DNA from: Squalus acanthias
Lineage: Eukaryota
NCBI GenBank assembly: GCA_030390025.1
Contig: JASTWF010000343.1
Span: 186,001-250,000, forward strand
Length of the DNA stretch: 64,000 bases
Direction of reading: 5' to 3'
Made by a program: the position numbers and the translations under genes. Positions within the stretch are counted from its first letter, which is position 1. The number at the start of each line of letters is the position of its first letter. A model generated the notes under the pieces. It saw only the letters and a list, made by a program, of their open reading frames with translations, made no database searches and had not been told where the DNA came from. Below are positions 38,214-51,522 of the stretch, piece after piece.

Positions 38214-38905
38214 ATTAATTCCTTTGAGTTTTTTAACTTCATCCTAAACTCCTGAAACTCTGCCTGAAGGACCGCAACCATTTTCCGACTTACTTCATTG
38301 TTTCCAACATGGAACACGAATTCTGGCTGTTGCCTTCCCCTCTGAAAATGTTCTGCAGCTGTTCAGTGGCGTCCATCACCCTGGCAACACACCATGCAGG
38401 ACTCACGTCAGAGTTTGCTGAAAGCCATGTCTGATCCCTTGACCTTCGAATTCCCGATGACCACTGCATTTCTACACTTTGCTGTGCCCCTTGTGCAGTC
38501 TTTTGCCCCACTGTGGTATGGATGTGGTCTAGTCTGAAGTCCCCGAGGTGTCGTCACTCTCACTGGTATTCAGCACTGGAAATCGGTTTGAGTGCCACAA
38601 TCCCGGAGGACTCCTGTATTGGCTGCCTCTTCCTACCTTGCCAGATGGCCACCCACTTACTATACTCCTGAACTCTCTGTAGCTGCGGGGTGACCAGCTC
38701 CTAGAACGTGTGTTCCAGGAGATTCTCAGCCTCCCGTCTGCCCTGCAGTGACTCCAGCCGCTGCTCAAGCTCAGAAACCCTGAGCTCGAGTTCGAGCAGC
38801 TGGAGGCACTTCCTGCACACGTGGTTATCCAGGACAGATGAAACGTCCTGGAGTTCCCACATGGCACGGGAATTGCAAAGAACGGGTTTCAGTTGTCCCA
38901 TAATT
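38214..38905 (-). mobile_element. ORF1 remnant of an older CR1
   Basis: MGQLKPVLC...HVCRKCLQLLELELRVSELEQRLE (zinc finger and coiled coil). Confidence 0.8.
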
Positions 38906-39164
38906 TCACTTCAAAGTCTATCTGCTTATGGGAGAGAAACATGTTTTTAGTTTAGTATCCCCTTACTCCTATTTATTATTTAATCATTTATGTGTACCAG
39001 TTTTTTTAATGCAATTCAGAGCCCTTTTAATGTTGGTATCCTTTATTTAATTATTTTCAAGTTATCCTCTTAGATCTAATTATTTATCAGTTTACTGTTG
39101 CTCCTTGGTTTAAATAACTTAGCACAACTTACCCCTTTTCACCGAATTCCCACCGTCCATCCTT

Positions 39165-39670
39165 CCTGCGTAGAAAAAGTCTCATCTCCCCTTTCGCCAA
39201 TCACCTTAAGTCTGTGTTCTCCGACACTTCTGCCATTGGAAACAGTTTCTCCTTATTTACTATATCAAAACTCTTCTTGTTTTTAAAAAGCTCTATCAAA
39301 TCTTTCCTTAACCTTCTCTGATCTAAGGTGAACAACCCCAGCTTCTCCACTTTACTGAAGTCTTTCATCCCTGGTTCCATTCTGATAAATCTCCTCTGCG
39401 CCATCTCCAAGGCCTGTACATCTTTCCTGAAGTGTGGTGCCCAGAATTGCCCACAATTCTCCATCTGGGGTCTAACCAGTGTTTTATAGAGGTTCAGCAT
39501 AACTTCCTTGCTTTTGTACTCTATGCCTCTATTTATAAAGCCAAAGATTTCCTGTGCCTTTTTAACAGTCTTCTCAACGGTTTATCTGTTCCTGCACCCC
39601 CTTTAAAATTGTACCTAATTTTATATTGCCTTTCCTCCTTCTTCCTACCAAAATGAATCACCTCACACTT
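39165..39670 (-). mobile_element. CR1 RT C-terminal fragment, paralog of about 12610-12890
   Basis: ORF 39201-39500. Confidence 0.85.
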
Positions 39671-39964
39671 CAGGAGATTAATTTAAAAATACTGAATTCA
39701 AATTTCAGACTGATATCAGCAAGTTCTTTACATGAACAGTAATCAATTCAGTGGAATGGAATGGAACGAGAAGGGTCGTGGAGGCAAACATCCCAGAATT
39801 ATTGGAAAAACGTAGATGCTGTGGCTTGGGGGGAGGAATTGTCGGCTCTTTTTGAATGAATGAACTAAGATCAGTGGATATCTTTATTATATCTATCTGC
39901 CTCTTCTCTGAAGAATGATGTTCTTTCTGGGGCTGTGCACATCATTCAATAAAAACTTTAGAGT

Positions 39965-40088
39965 CCCAGCTTTCTTATTCTGTTGAGCCTCTTCTTTTCG
40001 ATAGCTCCTGTCCAATCGAAGAAGGGATCCCCGTCACTGTCGTAGGCATCCTCGGTCTCCCGGTGTTTAGATTTTCACTTCCGAATAA
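39965..40088 (-). pseudogene. SLC4A1AP: Kanadaptin-like exon, copy 2 (stop codon, donor deleted)
   Basis: ttcttaccag|..IRK*KSKHRETEDAYDSDGDPFFDWTGAIEKKRLNR; flanks paralogous to 12890-13650. Confidence 0.8.
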
Positions 40089-42710
40089 CTGGTAAGAAAG
40101 CTAATTGTGAGGTTGTCAGTCTTAGTTTTGGAGCATAAAAAAAAACACAACTTTCTACTAATGATGAAAGTTCCTCCCTCATAATCGATATTACTAAAGT
40201 TCGTGTCATTGTGAGTGTGCGCTTGTGTGTATTGCTGCAGTGATTTCAAATCACTTCCTCGTCTCGCCCCTCCCTATCTCTAATCTCCTCCAGCCTCACA
40301 TCCCTCCGAGATCTCTGCGCTCCTCGAATTCTGGGCTCTTGAGCTACCCCGCTTTTAATCGCTCCGCCTTTGGTGGCTGTGCCTTCAGCTGCCGAGGTCC
40401 TAAGCTCTGGAATTCCCTCACTAAACCTCTCCGCCTCTCTACCTCTCTCTCTTCTATTAAGACGCTCATTAAAAAACTATCTCTTCGATCGAGCTTTAGG
40501 TCACCTGCCCTAATATCTCGTTTATATAATCATATAATAGTTACAGCGCGGAAAAGGCCATTCGGCCCGTCTTGCACATGCCGACTCTCAGCTTGTCCCA
40601 CTCTCCTGCCCGTTCCCCGTAGCCCTGCAAAATGTTTTCTTTCAGAAACTTATCCAACTCAATTTTGAAAGATAAGATTGAGTCTGCCTCCACCACTCTT
40701 TCTGGCAGTGCATTCCAGATGTTAGCAACTCGCTGCGTAAAAAAGTTTTTTTCTTACATTGCATTTGGTTCTTTTGCCAATTACCTTGAAGTCTGTCTCC
40801 TCTGGTTCTCTACCCTTCCGCCAATGGGAATAGTTTATCTCTATCTACTCTATCTAGACCCTTCATGATTTTGAGCACCTCTATCAAATCGCCTCTGCTC
40901 CAAGGAGAACAACCCCAGCTTCTCCAGTCTATCAACGTAATTGAAGTCCCTCATCCCTGTAAACTTTCTTGTAAATGTTTTCTGCACCCTCTCTAAAGCC
41001 TTCACATGCTTCCGAATGTGGGGTGCCCAGAATTGGACGCAATACTGCAGCTGTTGCCGAACCAGTGTTTTATAAAGTTTCATCATATAGTCCTTGCTTT
41101 TGTACTCTATACCTCTATTTATGAAGCCCAGGATGCCGTAAGCCTTTTTAACTTCTTTCTCAATCTGCCCTTCCACCTTCAACGATCTGTGCACATATAA
41201 CTTCGGTCTCTCTCTTCGGGCACCCCCTTAAGGATTGTACCATTTAGTTTATATGTACTCTCCCCATTCTTTCACACTTTTCTGCGTTAAATTTCAACTG
41301 TTATGTGTCTGCCCATTTCACCAGCATGTCTATGTATTCTTGAAGTCGATCACTATCCTCCTCAATGTTCACTATATTTCCAGGTTTTGTGTCATGTGCA
41401 AATTTTGAAATTGTGCCCCGTACACCCACGTCCAAGTCATTAATATATATCAAGAAAAGCAATGGTCCTAGAACCGAACCCTGGACAACACCACTGCATA
41501 ACGTTCCTCCAGTCAGAAAAGCAGTCGTTCACAACTACTCTCTGTTTCCTGTCACTTAGCCAATTTCTTATTCATGCTGCCACTGTCCCTTTTATTCCAT
41601 GGGCTTCAACTTTGCTGTGAAGCCATTATGTGGCATTTTGTCGAACGCCTTTTGGAAATCCATGTACACTACGTCAACCGTATTATCCTCATCAACCCTC
41701 TCTGTTACATCATCAAAAAACTCAATCAAGTTGGTTTAACAAGATTGCATTTAACAATTCCACGCTGGCTTTCCTTAATTAATCCACACCTATCCAAGTG
41801 ACTGTTAATTTTGTCCCTGATTACAGGTTCTAAAAGCTTCCCCATTACCGAGGTTAAACTGACTGGCCTGTAGTTGCTAGGTTTATCTTTGCACCCTTCT
41901 TTAACAATGGTGTGACATTTGCAATTCTCCAGTCCTCTGGCACCACCCCCGTATCTATGTAGGATTGGAATTTTATGGCCAGTACTTCCACGATTTCCCT
42001 CAATTCCCTCAGCATCCGAGGATGCATAGCATCCGGTCCTGATGAATTATCTACTTTATGTACAGCCAGCCTTTCTAATACCTCTTCTATCTCAATTTTT
42101 ATACTATCAGGTGTCTCCACTGCCCCTCCTTTACCACGTCTATGGCAGCATCGTCGTCCTTGTTGATGACGGATGCAAAGTACTCATTTAGTACCTCAGC
42201 CATACCCTCTGCTTCCATGCCTAGGTCTCCTTGTTGGTCCCTAATCGGCCCCACCTCTCCTCTTACGATCCTTTTAATATTTATATGCCGACAGAAGACT
42301 TTTGGATTGTCGTTTATGTTGGCTGCTATTCTGTTCTCTTAACCTCTCTTGAACCCTCTTATTTTCTTTTTCACTTCTCCTCGGACCTTTCTGTATAAAG
42401 CCTGATTCTCAGATGTATTTGCAACCTGACATCTGTCGTACACGTTCATTTTCTGCTTCATCATATTGGCTATCTGTTTCGTCCTCTAGGAAGCTCTGAC
42501 TTTGGTTGCACTATCTTTCCCCCAGTGGGAATGTACCTCGAATGTATACGAATTATTTCATCTTTAAAGGCAGCCCCTTGTTCCACTACAATTTTGCCTG
42601 CCAATTTTTGATTCCAGTTTACCCTGGTCAGATCCGTTCTCATCCCATTGAAATTGATTTTCACGCAGTTAAACATTCTTACACTAGATTGCTCCCTGCT
42701 CTTTTTCAAA

Positions 42711-45700
42711 CAGTGCTACTCGAGAGAGCAGACCGAGTATTGGTTTAGCATCTTATTCGAAAGTGCTAGTGCGAGCAAGCACTGAGTGCGAGTCATCAGA
42801 GAGTGCTGAGTTTGGGTAAGTGTGAGAGTTCTTTAATTGCTAGTTATCTTTTAATCATTCTTGATAAGAGTACTTAAGCAGTTTAAGTGAAGGGGAAAAG
42901 TTAAATATTTGGGATTCTGTTGGTTTAAGAAGAGGAAAACAAGGTTACACTGCAGTAGGAGTAAATTGGCACAGCAGGCAGTGGAATTCAGTTTTCTAAT
43001 CAATCAGCAGGGGTGACTCATTTGGCTGTAAACAAACAAACAGTATAAAACGACCAGTGCTAGTGCGAGTCATCAGAGAGTGCTGAGTTTGGGTAAGTGT
43101 GAGTTCGGGTGAGTGGGGTGTAGGGTGCTCATTTCAAACTTTAACTCTGTGGGTTGTAGTTAATAAAGCCTTTCTGGTGCAGAGTGACTATTGGTAAACC
43201 ATCTAACTTGTGTAATTTAGAGGGATTGATTTAATTTAAATCCAATTAATTAGAGGGAATACTAGCATCTATAATTGGGCAGAGAGTGTCAATAATTAAC
43301 AATAATTTTTTTTTATTACTTACATAGAATGGAGCAGGTGATGTGTTACTTTTGCGAGATGTGGGAGGCGGTGGACCCCATTGATGCTCACGGTGATTAC
43401 ATCTGTGACAAGTGTCTGCTGCTGCAGGAACTTCAGCTCCGTGTTGATGAGCTGGAGTCTTAGCTTCAGACACTGCGACACATCATGGAGGGGAAAAGTA
43501 CCTGGACTCTGAGTTTGAGGAGGTGGTCACACCTATGAAGTTAATTAATTCAGATGTAGCCCATGGACAGGGACAGGACGGTGTGACTACGAGTGAGGCA
43601 GGTACGGGGATCCAGGAGGTAGTGTTGGAGGAGCCGCAGCCCTTGCTCTTGTCCAACAGGTTTGAGGTTCTTAATCCCTGTGGGGACAGGAGCAGGGACT
43701 GCAGGGAGGTTGAGCAACCTGGCCACAGCACCGTGAAAAGGGGGGCCATTCAAGAGGGGGGAGTAAATAGAAATGTTGTAGTGGTAGGGGATAGTATTAT
43801 TAGGGAGATAGATAGAGTTCTCTGCAGCCGAGAGCGAGAGTCCCGTAGGCTGTGTTGCCTGCCCGGTGCCAGGGTTAAGGACATCTCCTCTGGGCTGGAA
43901 AGAAACTTGCAGTGGGAGGGGGTGGATCCAGTTGTCGTGGTCCATGTTGGTACAAACAACGTAGATAGGACAAGGAAGCCGGTTCTTTTAAAGGAGTATG
44001 AGCAGCTAGGGGTCAAATTAAAAAACAGAACCTCAAGGGTAACAATCTCTGGATTATTACCTGAGCCACGAGCGAATTTGGCTAGGACAAATACAATTAG
44101 AGAACTAAATGACTGGCTCAAAGACTGGTGTGGGAGAAATGGGTTTTCCTTCCTGGGACACTGGCACCAGTACTGGGGCAGGAGGGAGCTGTTCCGTTGG
44201 GACGGGCTTCACCTGGCCAGTGCTGGGACTAGAGTCCTGGCGGATCATATAACTAGGGCTGTAGAGAGGGCTTTAAAATAACTAGTGGGGTGGAGGTTCC
44301 TAGAGAGCAAATAATAAAAATGACAACAGGGAATGTGATAGTTTAGGTAGCAGTGGGGAAATTAAAAACAAGAGTGTGTCAGGAAGGGGCAGAAGGTATG
44401 GAGTAAAACGTAAAGTAATAAAAAGGGCAAAAGCAGGAACTAAGTGTCTGAAAACATGTTTGAAAGTTCTCTATCTGAATGCACGTAGCATTCGTAACAA
44501 AATAGACAACTTAATGGCACAAATAATTACATATGGGTATGATCTTGTGGCCATTACAGAAACTTAGCTGCAGGGTGACAATGCATGGGAATTAAACATA
44601 CCAGGTTATTTAACGAACAGGAAGAACAGGCAGGAAGGAAGGGGAGGTGGGGTGGCTATGTTAATAAAGGAAGGAATCGCTGTAATACAGAGAAATGATG
44701 TTGGGTCAAAAGATCAGGATAATGAAACAGTTTGGGTGGAGATAAGGAATAATAAGGGGAAAAAACACTAGTGGGCGTAGTCTATAGGCCTCCAAACAGT
44801 TGCAACTCTGTTGGACGGGGTATCAATCAGGAAATAGTTGAGGCATGTAATAAGGGAACATCTATAATTATGGGGGATTTTAACTATCATATTAATTGTA
44901 AAAATCAAATTGGGCAGGGCTGTCTTGAGGATGAGTTCATTGAGTGTATTAGGGATGGGTTTCTTGAGCAGTATGTAACTGAACCGACCAGGGGGCAAGC
45001 AGCCTTACATCTGGTCCTGTGTAACGAGACAGGATTAATTAAAAATGTTTTCGTAAAGGATACCCTTGGAATGAGTGCCCATAACATGGTTGAATTCCAT
45101 ATTCAATTAGAGTGTGAGCAGGTTGGATCTCAAACAAGCGTGCTAAGCTTGAATAAAGGAGACTATGAAGGTATGCGAGCGGAATTGAGTAGAGTGGATT
45201 GGGAAAATAGATTAAAGGGTAAGACGATACATGATCAGTGGTGTACATTTATGCATTTATTTTACAACTTCCAAAAAATATATATTCCACTTAGAAGAAA
45301 AGGGTGTAAAAGAAAAGACAGTCAACCGTGGCTAACTAAAAACATTAAGGATAGTATTCGACTAAAATCGAGGACTTTTAATGTAGTCAAATCTAGTGGG
45401 AGGATAGTGGATTTTGAAAACTTTAAAAGACACCAAAAAATAACAAAAAGATTGATTAAGAAAGGGAAGATAGATTATGTAAGTAAATTAGCAAAAAATA
45501 TAAAAACAGATAGTAACAGTTTTTATAGTTATATAAAAAGAAAAATGGTGGCTAAAGTAAATGTTGGTCCCTCAGAGGATGAGACCGGGAAATTAATGGT
45601 GGGAAATATGGAGATGGCAAATACACTGAATGAATATTTTGTATCAGTCTTTACAGTAGAGGACACTAAGAATATCCCAACACTGGACAAACAGGGGGCT

Positions 45701-47490
45701 ATAGGGGGAGGGGAGCTAAACACGATCAAAATCACTTAGGAAGTGGAACTCGGTAAAATAATGGGACTCAAAGCGGATAAATCACCTGGACCTGACGGCT
45801 TACATCTTAGGGTCTTGAGGGAAGTGGCGGTAGAGATTGTGGATGCATTGGTAATAATTTTCCAAAACTCCCTGGACTCATCAATGAACCCGGCAGACTG
45901 GAAAACTGCTAAAGTAACACTCTTATTTAAAAAGGGCAGTAGACAGACGGCTGGAAACTATAGACCGGTTAGCCTAACATCTGTGGTAGGTAAAATTCTG
46001 GAGTCTATTATTAAGGAGACAGTAACGGGACATTTGGATAACCATAATTTAATAGGAAAAAGTCAGCATGGTTTCATGAAGGGGAAGTCATGTTTGACAA
46101 ATTTGCTGGAGTTCTTTGAGGAAGTAACATACAGGGTGGATAAAGTGGAACCAGTGGATGTGGTGTATTTAGACTTCCAAAAGGCATTTGACATTGTGCC
46201 ACACAAAAGATTATTGTTTAAATTAAAAATCACGGGATTGGGTTTAAATTCTGGCTTGGATAGAGGATTGGCTATCTAACAGAAGTCAGAGAGTTGGGAT
46301 AAATGGTTAATTCTCAGACTGGCAATCAGTAACTAGTGGTGTTCCGCAGGGGTTAGTGCTGGGTCCCGAACTCTTTACAATCTATATTAACGATTAGGAG
46401 GAGGGGACCGAGTGTAACATATTAAAGTTTGCAGATGATACTAAGATGGGAGGGAAAGTAGTGAGTGAGGAGGACATAAAAAATCTGCAAGGGGACATAG
46501 ACAGGCTAAGTATGTGGGCAGAGATTTGGCAGAAGGAATACAATACTGGAAAGTGTGACGTTATACACTTTGGCAGGAAAAATAGTAGAGCAAGTTATTA
46601 TCTTAATGGCAAGAAACTGGAACGTAGTTAAGTACAAGGGGATCTTTGGGGTCCCGGTGCACGAAACTCAAAAGGTTAGTTTGCAGGTGCAGCAAATGAT
46701 TAAGATGGCCAATGGAATGTTGGCTTTCATTTCAAGGGGGTTAGAATATAAAAATAGGGAGGTATTGCTTCAGTTGTACAAGGTATTGGTGAGACCGCAC
46801 CTGGAATACTGCATGCAGTTTTGGTGTCCATACTTAAGAAAAGACATACTTGCTCTCGAGTCAGTACAAAGAAGGTTCACTCGGTTAATCCCGGGTATGA
46901 GGGGATGGACATATGAGCAGAGGTTGGGTAGAATGGGACTCTACTCATTGGAGTTCAGAAAAATGAGAGGCGATCTTATTGAAACATATAAGATTGTGAA
47001 GGGTCTGGATCGGGTGGAAGCGGGGAGGATGTTCCCGATGATGGGTGAAACTAGAACTAGGGGGCATAGTCTTAGAATAAGGGGCTGCTGTTTCAAATCT
47101 GAGATGAGAAGGAACTACTTCACTCAGAGGGTGGTAGGTGGTAGCTGTAGAAGCTACATCATTACATAAATATAAAACAGAAACAGACAGTTTCCTACAA
47201 GTAAAAGGAATTAAGGGTTACGGGGAGCGGGCAGGAATTTGGACATGAGTCTAGGTATGGATCGGTCATGGCCCTGTAGGTAGCGTAGCGGGCCCAGGGC
47301 CCGTGTAGCCTGATCCTGCTCCTATTTCGTGTGTCCAATTCTGTTAGGTTCTGGAGATGGTTCTGTCATAGTAGATTGGCGGTTAGGATCAGAACAGCCA
47401 TGATCTTATTGAATGGCGGAGCAGGCTCGAGGTGTCAATAGGCCTACTGCTGCTCCTATTTCTTATGTTCTTATGTTCTTATGTTCTTAT
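42711..47490 (+). mobile_element. Full-length but mutated CR1 LINE: 5' UTR with internal duplication, ORF1, ORF2 (APE and RT), duplicated 3' element, (TTCTTATG)n tail
   Basis: 5' UTR repeat gcgagtcatcagagagtgctgagtttgggtaagtgtgag occurs twice; ORF2 fragments at 44376-47169 (YLNARS, GDFN, FQKAFD, FADD). Confidence 0.96.
43329..44281 (+). pseudogene. CR1 ORF1p: zinc finger, coiled coil and SGNH/GDSL esterase domain (one stop and a frameshift near the N-terminus)
   Basis: MEQVMCYFCEMWE...YICDKCLLLQELQLRVDELES*; ORF 43523-44281 has GDSII, HVGTNN and DGLHL. Confidence 0.9.
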
Positions 47491-48975
47491 GTCCCCTAAA
47501 TGTTCACCTACTGACAGTTGCTCCACTTGACCAACCTCATTCCCCAGAACCAAGTCCAGCAATGCCTCCTCCCTTGTCGGGCCAGAAGCACACTGATCAA
47601 GAATATTCTGAACACACTGCAGAAATTCTTCCACCTCTCTGTCCTTTACACTATTGCAATCCCAGTCTATATTAGAATAGTTGAAGTCCCCCATTATCAC
47701 TACTCTATTATTCTTGCACCTCTGTAATTTCTCTGCAAATTTGCTCCTCCATATATTTCCCATTATTGGGTGGTTGATAGATTACAAGGAGGAGTGTAAT
47801 GGCACCTCTATTATTTCTTAACTCCAGCCATATAGATTCTGTCCTTGACCACTGCAGAACATCCTCTCTCTCCAGTACTGTAACATCTCCTTCACCAGTA
47901 CTGCCGCACCACCTCCTATCTTTCCTTTACTATCTTTCCTGAACACCTTATCACCAGGAATATTTAGACCCACTTTTGCTCTTTTTTGAGACAGGTCTCA
48001 GTTAATGCCACAACATCATATTCCCAAGTGGCTATTTGTGCCTGCAGCTCACTTACCTTGTTGACTACGCTTCGTGCGTTCACATACACACACTGTAAAC
48101 CTATCTTAGAATTATTTTGTATTCTCTCTTAGTTCAACCTCCCCTAATGCCTTACTATTTCTTACTTTAGTGCTCTCTGCCTCTCCCAATACTTTGCGCA
48201 CTTTATTATCCCTTTCTTATGGTACATCCTGGTGCCGAATCCCCTGCCAAATAAGTTTATGCCCTCCCTAACAGCACTTGCAACCCCCACCCACCGGTCC
48301 AAATCCCGTCCCACCGAGGCCATTGGTTCCGGCTCTGTTGAGGTGCAATCTGACCGGCCTGTACAGGTGCCACCTCCCCCAGAACCAGTCCCAATGCCCC
48401 AGCAATCTGAAGCCTTCCCTCCTGCACCCTGTCTCCAGCCACGCATCCATCTGCTCTCTCCCCCTATTTCGATCCTCACCCCCTCGTGGCACCGGGAATA
48501 ATCTGGAGACTACTTCCTTCGAGGTCCTGATTTTAATCTCTTTCCCACCTCCCCATAATCTGCCTGCAGGATCACATCCCTCTTTCTACCTATGTCAATG
48601 ATACCGATATGGATCACGACCTCAGCCATTTCACTCTCCCCCAACAGAATGTCCAGCAGCCACTCAGTGGCATCCTTGAACCTGGCACCAGGGAGGCAAC
48701 ATAACATCCTGAAATTACGTCAGCGGCCGCAGAAACGCCTGTCTGTTCCCCTAACTATGGAGACCTCCGGCACCACCCCCGTAGCTGAGAAGGATAGGTT
48801 TGCCCGCCCTGCCTGGCTTTCATTTCCTCGCAGGACCCGGGTTTTTGTGATCTCGGCTTCACTTCTTCCTGTGGGATTGACATCATTCAACACGGCCGAC
48901 ACAGACAGGAAGTGACCTCATCTAACATGAGAAGTCGCACAACTCCAGGTTATAGTCCAACAGGTTTATTTGAAA

Positions 48976-49012
48976 TCACAAGCTTTCGGAGCGCTGCTCC
49001 TTCGTCAGGTGA
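48976..49012 (-). ncRNA. Minimal type I hammerhead ribozyme motif of the PLE, with intact core
   Basis: Minus strand: ucac CUGACGA a ggagc-agc-gcucc GAAA gc U U guga (stem I ucac/guga, stem II ggagc/gcucc, palindromic stem III AAGCUU). Confidence 0.7.
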
Positions 49013-49385
49013 AGTGAAGAGATACATATAGGCACAGCATATATAGTCAGAGAACACTGCCAGATGATTACAGTTAATCTTTCTAACTGCCCTTTATCAC
49101 ACGTTGGCAGAGAGATAATCACGGCAATCAAAGGTGTGGATGGTGTCCAAACAGGTCGGATAAGAAAACATTACATCAAAGACAATGTGGCAGATGCTGG
49201 GGTCTGTATGGAAAACAAAAAGCAATTTTTGCTGGGAATCACAGCAGTTCCGGCCGCATCTGTGCAGAGAACAAGCCAACGACGACACGAGTCTGGATGA
49301 CTCTACGTCAGGTGGGGTTACATGTAGCGTGGCATGACCCCAAGATCCCGGTTGAGGCCGTCCTCATGCGTGCATAATTTAGCTA

Positions 49386-50483
49386 TCATTTCTGCTCGAC
49401 GATTTTGCATTGTCGTGTGTCTCGAAGGCCGCCTTGGAGAACGCTTACCCGAAGATCGGAGGCTGAATGTCTCTGACTGCTGAAGTGTTCCCCGACTGGG
49501 AGGCAACCCTCCTGCCTGGCGATTGTTGCGCGGTGTCCGTTCATACGTTGTCTCAGTGTCTGCATGGTCTCGCCGATGTACCATGCTCTGGGGCATCTTT
49601 TACTGCAACGTATCAGGTAGCCAACGTTGGCCGAGTCACATGAGTATGTACCGTGTACCTGGTGGGTAGTGTCCTCACGTGTGATGACGGTATATGTGTT
49701 GATGATCTGGCATGTCTTGCATTGGTTGCCGTGGCAGGGTTGTGTGGTGTCGTGGTCGTGGTTCTCCTGAAAGCTGGGTAATTTGCTGCGAGCGTTGGTC
49801 TGTTTGAGGTTAGGCGGCTGTTTGAAGGCGAGTAGTGGGGGCGTGGGAATGGCCTTAGCGATGTGTTCGTCGGCATCGATGACATGTTGAAGGCTGCGAA
49901 GAACATGGCGTAGTTCCTCCGCTCCGGTGAAGTACTGGTTGGTTGTGTCCCATGTTTGTCTTCTGAGGAGGTCTATGCGATTTTTCGCTGTGGCCCGTCG
50001 GAACTGTCGATCGACGAGTCGAGCATCATACCCCGTTCTAACGAGAGCGTATTTCAGCGTCTGTAGTTGTCCATCGCGTTCCTCCTCGTCTGAGCAGATC
50101 CTGTGTATTCGCAGGGCTTGTCCATAGGGGATGGCTTCTTTGACGTGATTAGGGTGGAAGCTGGAGAAGTGAAGCATCGTGAGGTTGTCCGTGGGCTTGC
50201 GGTAGAGTGAAGGGCTGAGGTGCCCGTCTTTGATGGAGATTCGTGTGTCCAAGAATGAAACCGATTCTGAGGAGTAGTCCATGGTGTGTTTGATGGTGGG
50301 ATGGAACTTGTTGATGTTATCGTCTAGTCTTTTCAATGATTCTTCACCGTGGGTCCTTAGGAAGAAAATGTCGTCGATGTATCTGGTGTATAGCGTTGTT
50401 TGGAGGTCATGTGCAGCGAAGAAGACTTGCTCGAACTTGTGCATGAAGATGTTGGCGGATTGGGGTGCGAATTTGAATCTCAT
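49386..50483 (-). pseudogene. PLE RT C-terminal half plus GIY-YIG endonuclease (365-aa open segment)
   Basis: RYIDDIF, FLD, YRKPT, PC...C..C, NVGYLIRC..C...YIGET...R...H. Confidence 0.92.
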
Positions 50484-51522
50484 TGCTGTTCCATGTGTTT
50501 GGGTAAAAAACTGGTTGTCGAAGGTGAAGGCATTTTGGTCAAGGATGAAGCGAATGCGTTGTAGGATGGCATCTGGAGATTGGCTGCTGTTGGTGTTGAG
50601 TACTAATCTGTCGCAGCGATGCCGTCATTGTGGGGGATACTGGTGTAGAGTGCCGAGACATCTATCGTGGCAAGGAGTGTTCCTGGTTCAACTGGTCCGT
50701 GGGTGCTGAGTTTCTGTAAGAAGTCTAACCTCAAACAGACCAACGTTCACAGCAAATTACCCAGCTTTCAGGAGAACAGTGACCACGACACAACACAACC
50801 CTGCCACGGCAACCTCTGCAAGACATGCCAGATCATCAACACATAAACCATCACCACACGTGAGGACACCACCCACCAGGTACATGGTACATACTCATGT
50901 GACTCGGCCAATGTTGTCTACCTCATACGTTGCAGGAAAGGATGCCCCGGAGCATGGTACATCGGCGAGACCATGCAGAAACTGCGACAATGTATGAACG
51001 GACACCGCGCAACAATCGCCAGGCAGGAGTGTTCCCTCCCAGTCGGGGAACACTTCAGCAGTCAGGGACATTCAGCCTCGGATCTGCGGGTAAGCATTCT
51101 CCAAGGCGGCCTTCGAGACACACGACAATGCAAAATCGTCGAGCAGAAACTGATAGCCAAGTTCTGCACGCATGAGGACGGCCTCAACCGGGATCTTGGG
51201 GTCATGTCACGCTACATGTAACCCCACCTGACGTAGAGTCATCCAGACTCGAGTCGTCATTAGCTTCTGCTCTCTACACAGATGCGGCCGGAACTGCTGT
51301 GATTTCCAACAAAAAAAGTATTTTGTTTTCCATGCAGACCCAGCATCTGCCACATTGTCTTTGATGTAATGTTTTCCTGACTGACCTGTCCCCATCCACA
51401 CCTTTGATTGCCGTGATTATCTCTCTGCCGAGGTGTGATAAAGAGCAGTTAGAAAGATTAACTGTAATCATCTGGCTGTGTTCTCTGACTATATATGCTG
51501 TGCCCATATGTATCTCTTCACT

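Larger units (their letters stand above)
40525..48770 (-). mobile_element. CR1 LINE (paralog of 13935-16790), split by a full-length CR1 insertion at 42711-47490 and continuing into ORF1
   Basis: 42677-42706 matches about 16115-16145 and 47490-47530 matches about 16185-16225; ORF1 esterase remnants at 48260-48760. Confidence 0.88.

Noticed and set aside
34945..38905. Apparent ORF1 swap: same ORF2 as 42711-47490 but a different ORF1
   Set aside because: Better explained as a 5'-truncated CR1 (ending at about 38213) nested in an older CR1 whose EN start lies at about 34900 and whose ORF1 lies at 38214-38905
42711..47490. Potentially active autonomous CR1
   Set aside because: Both ORFs carry stops and frameshifts
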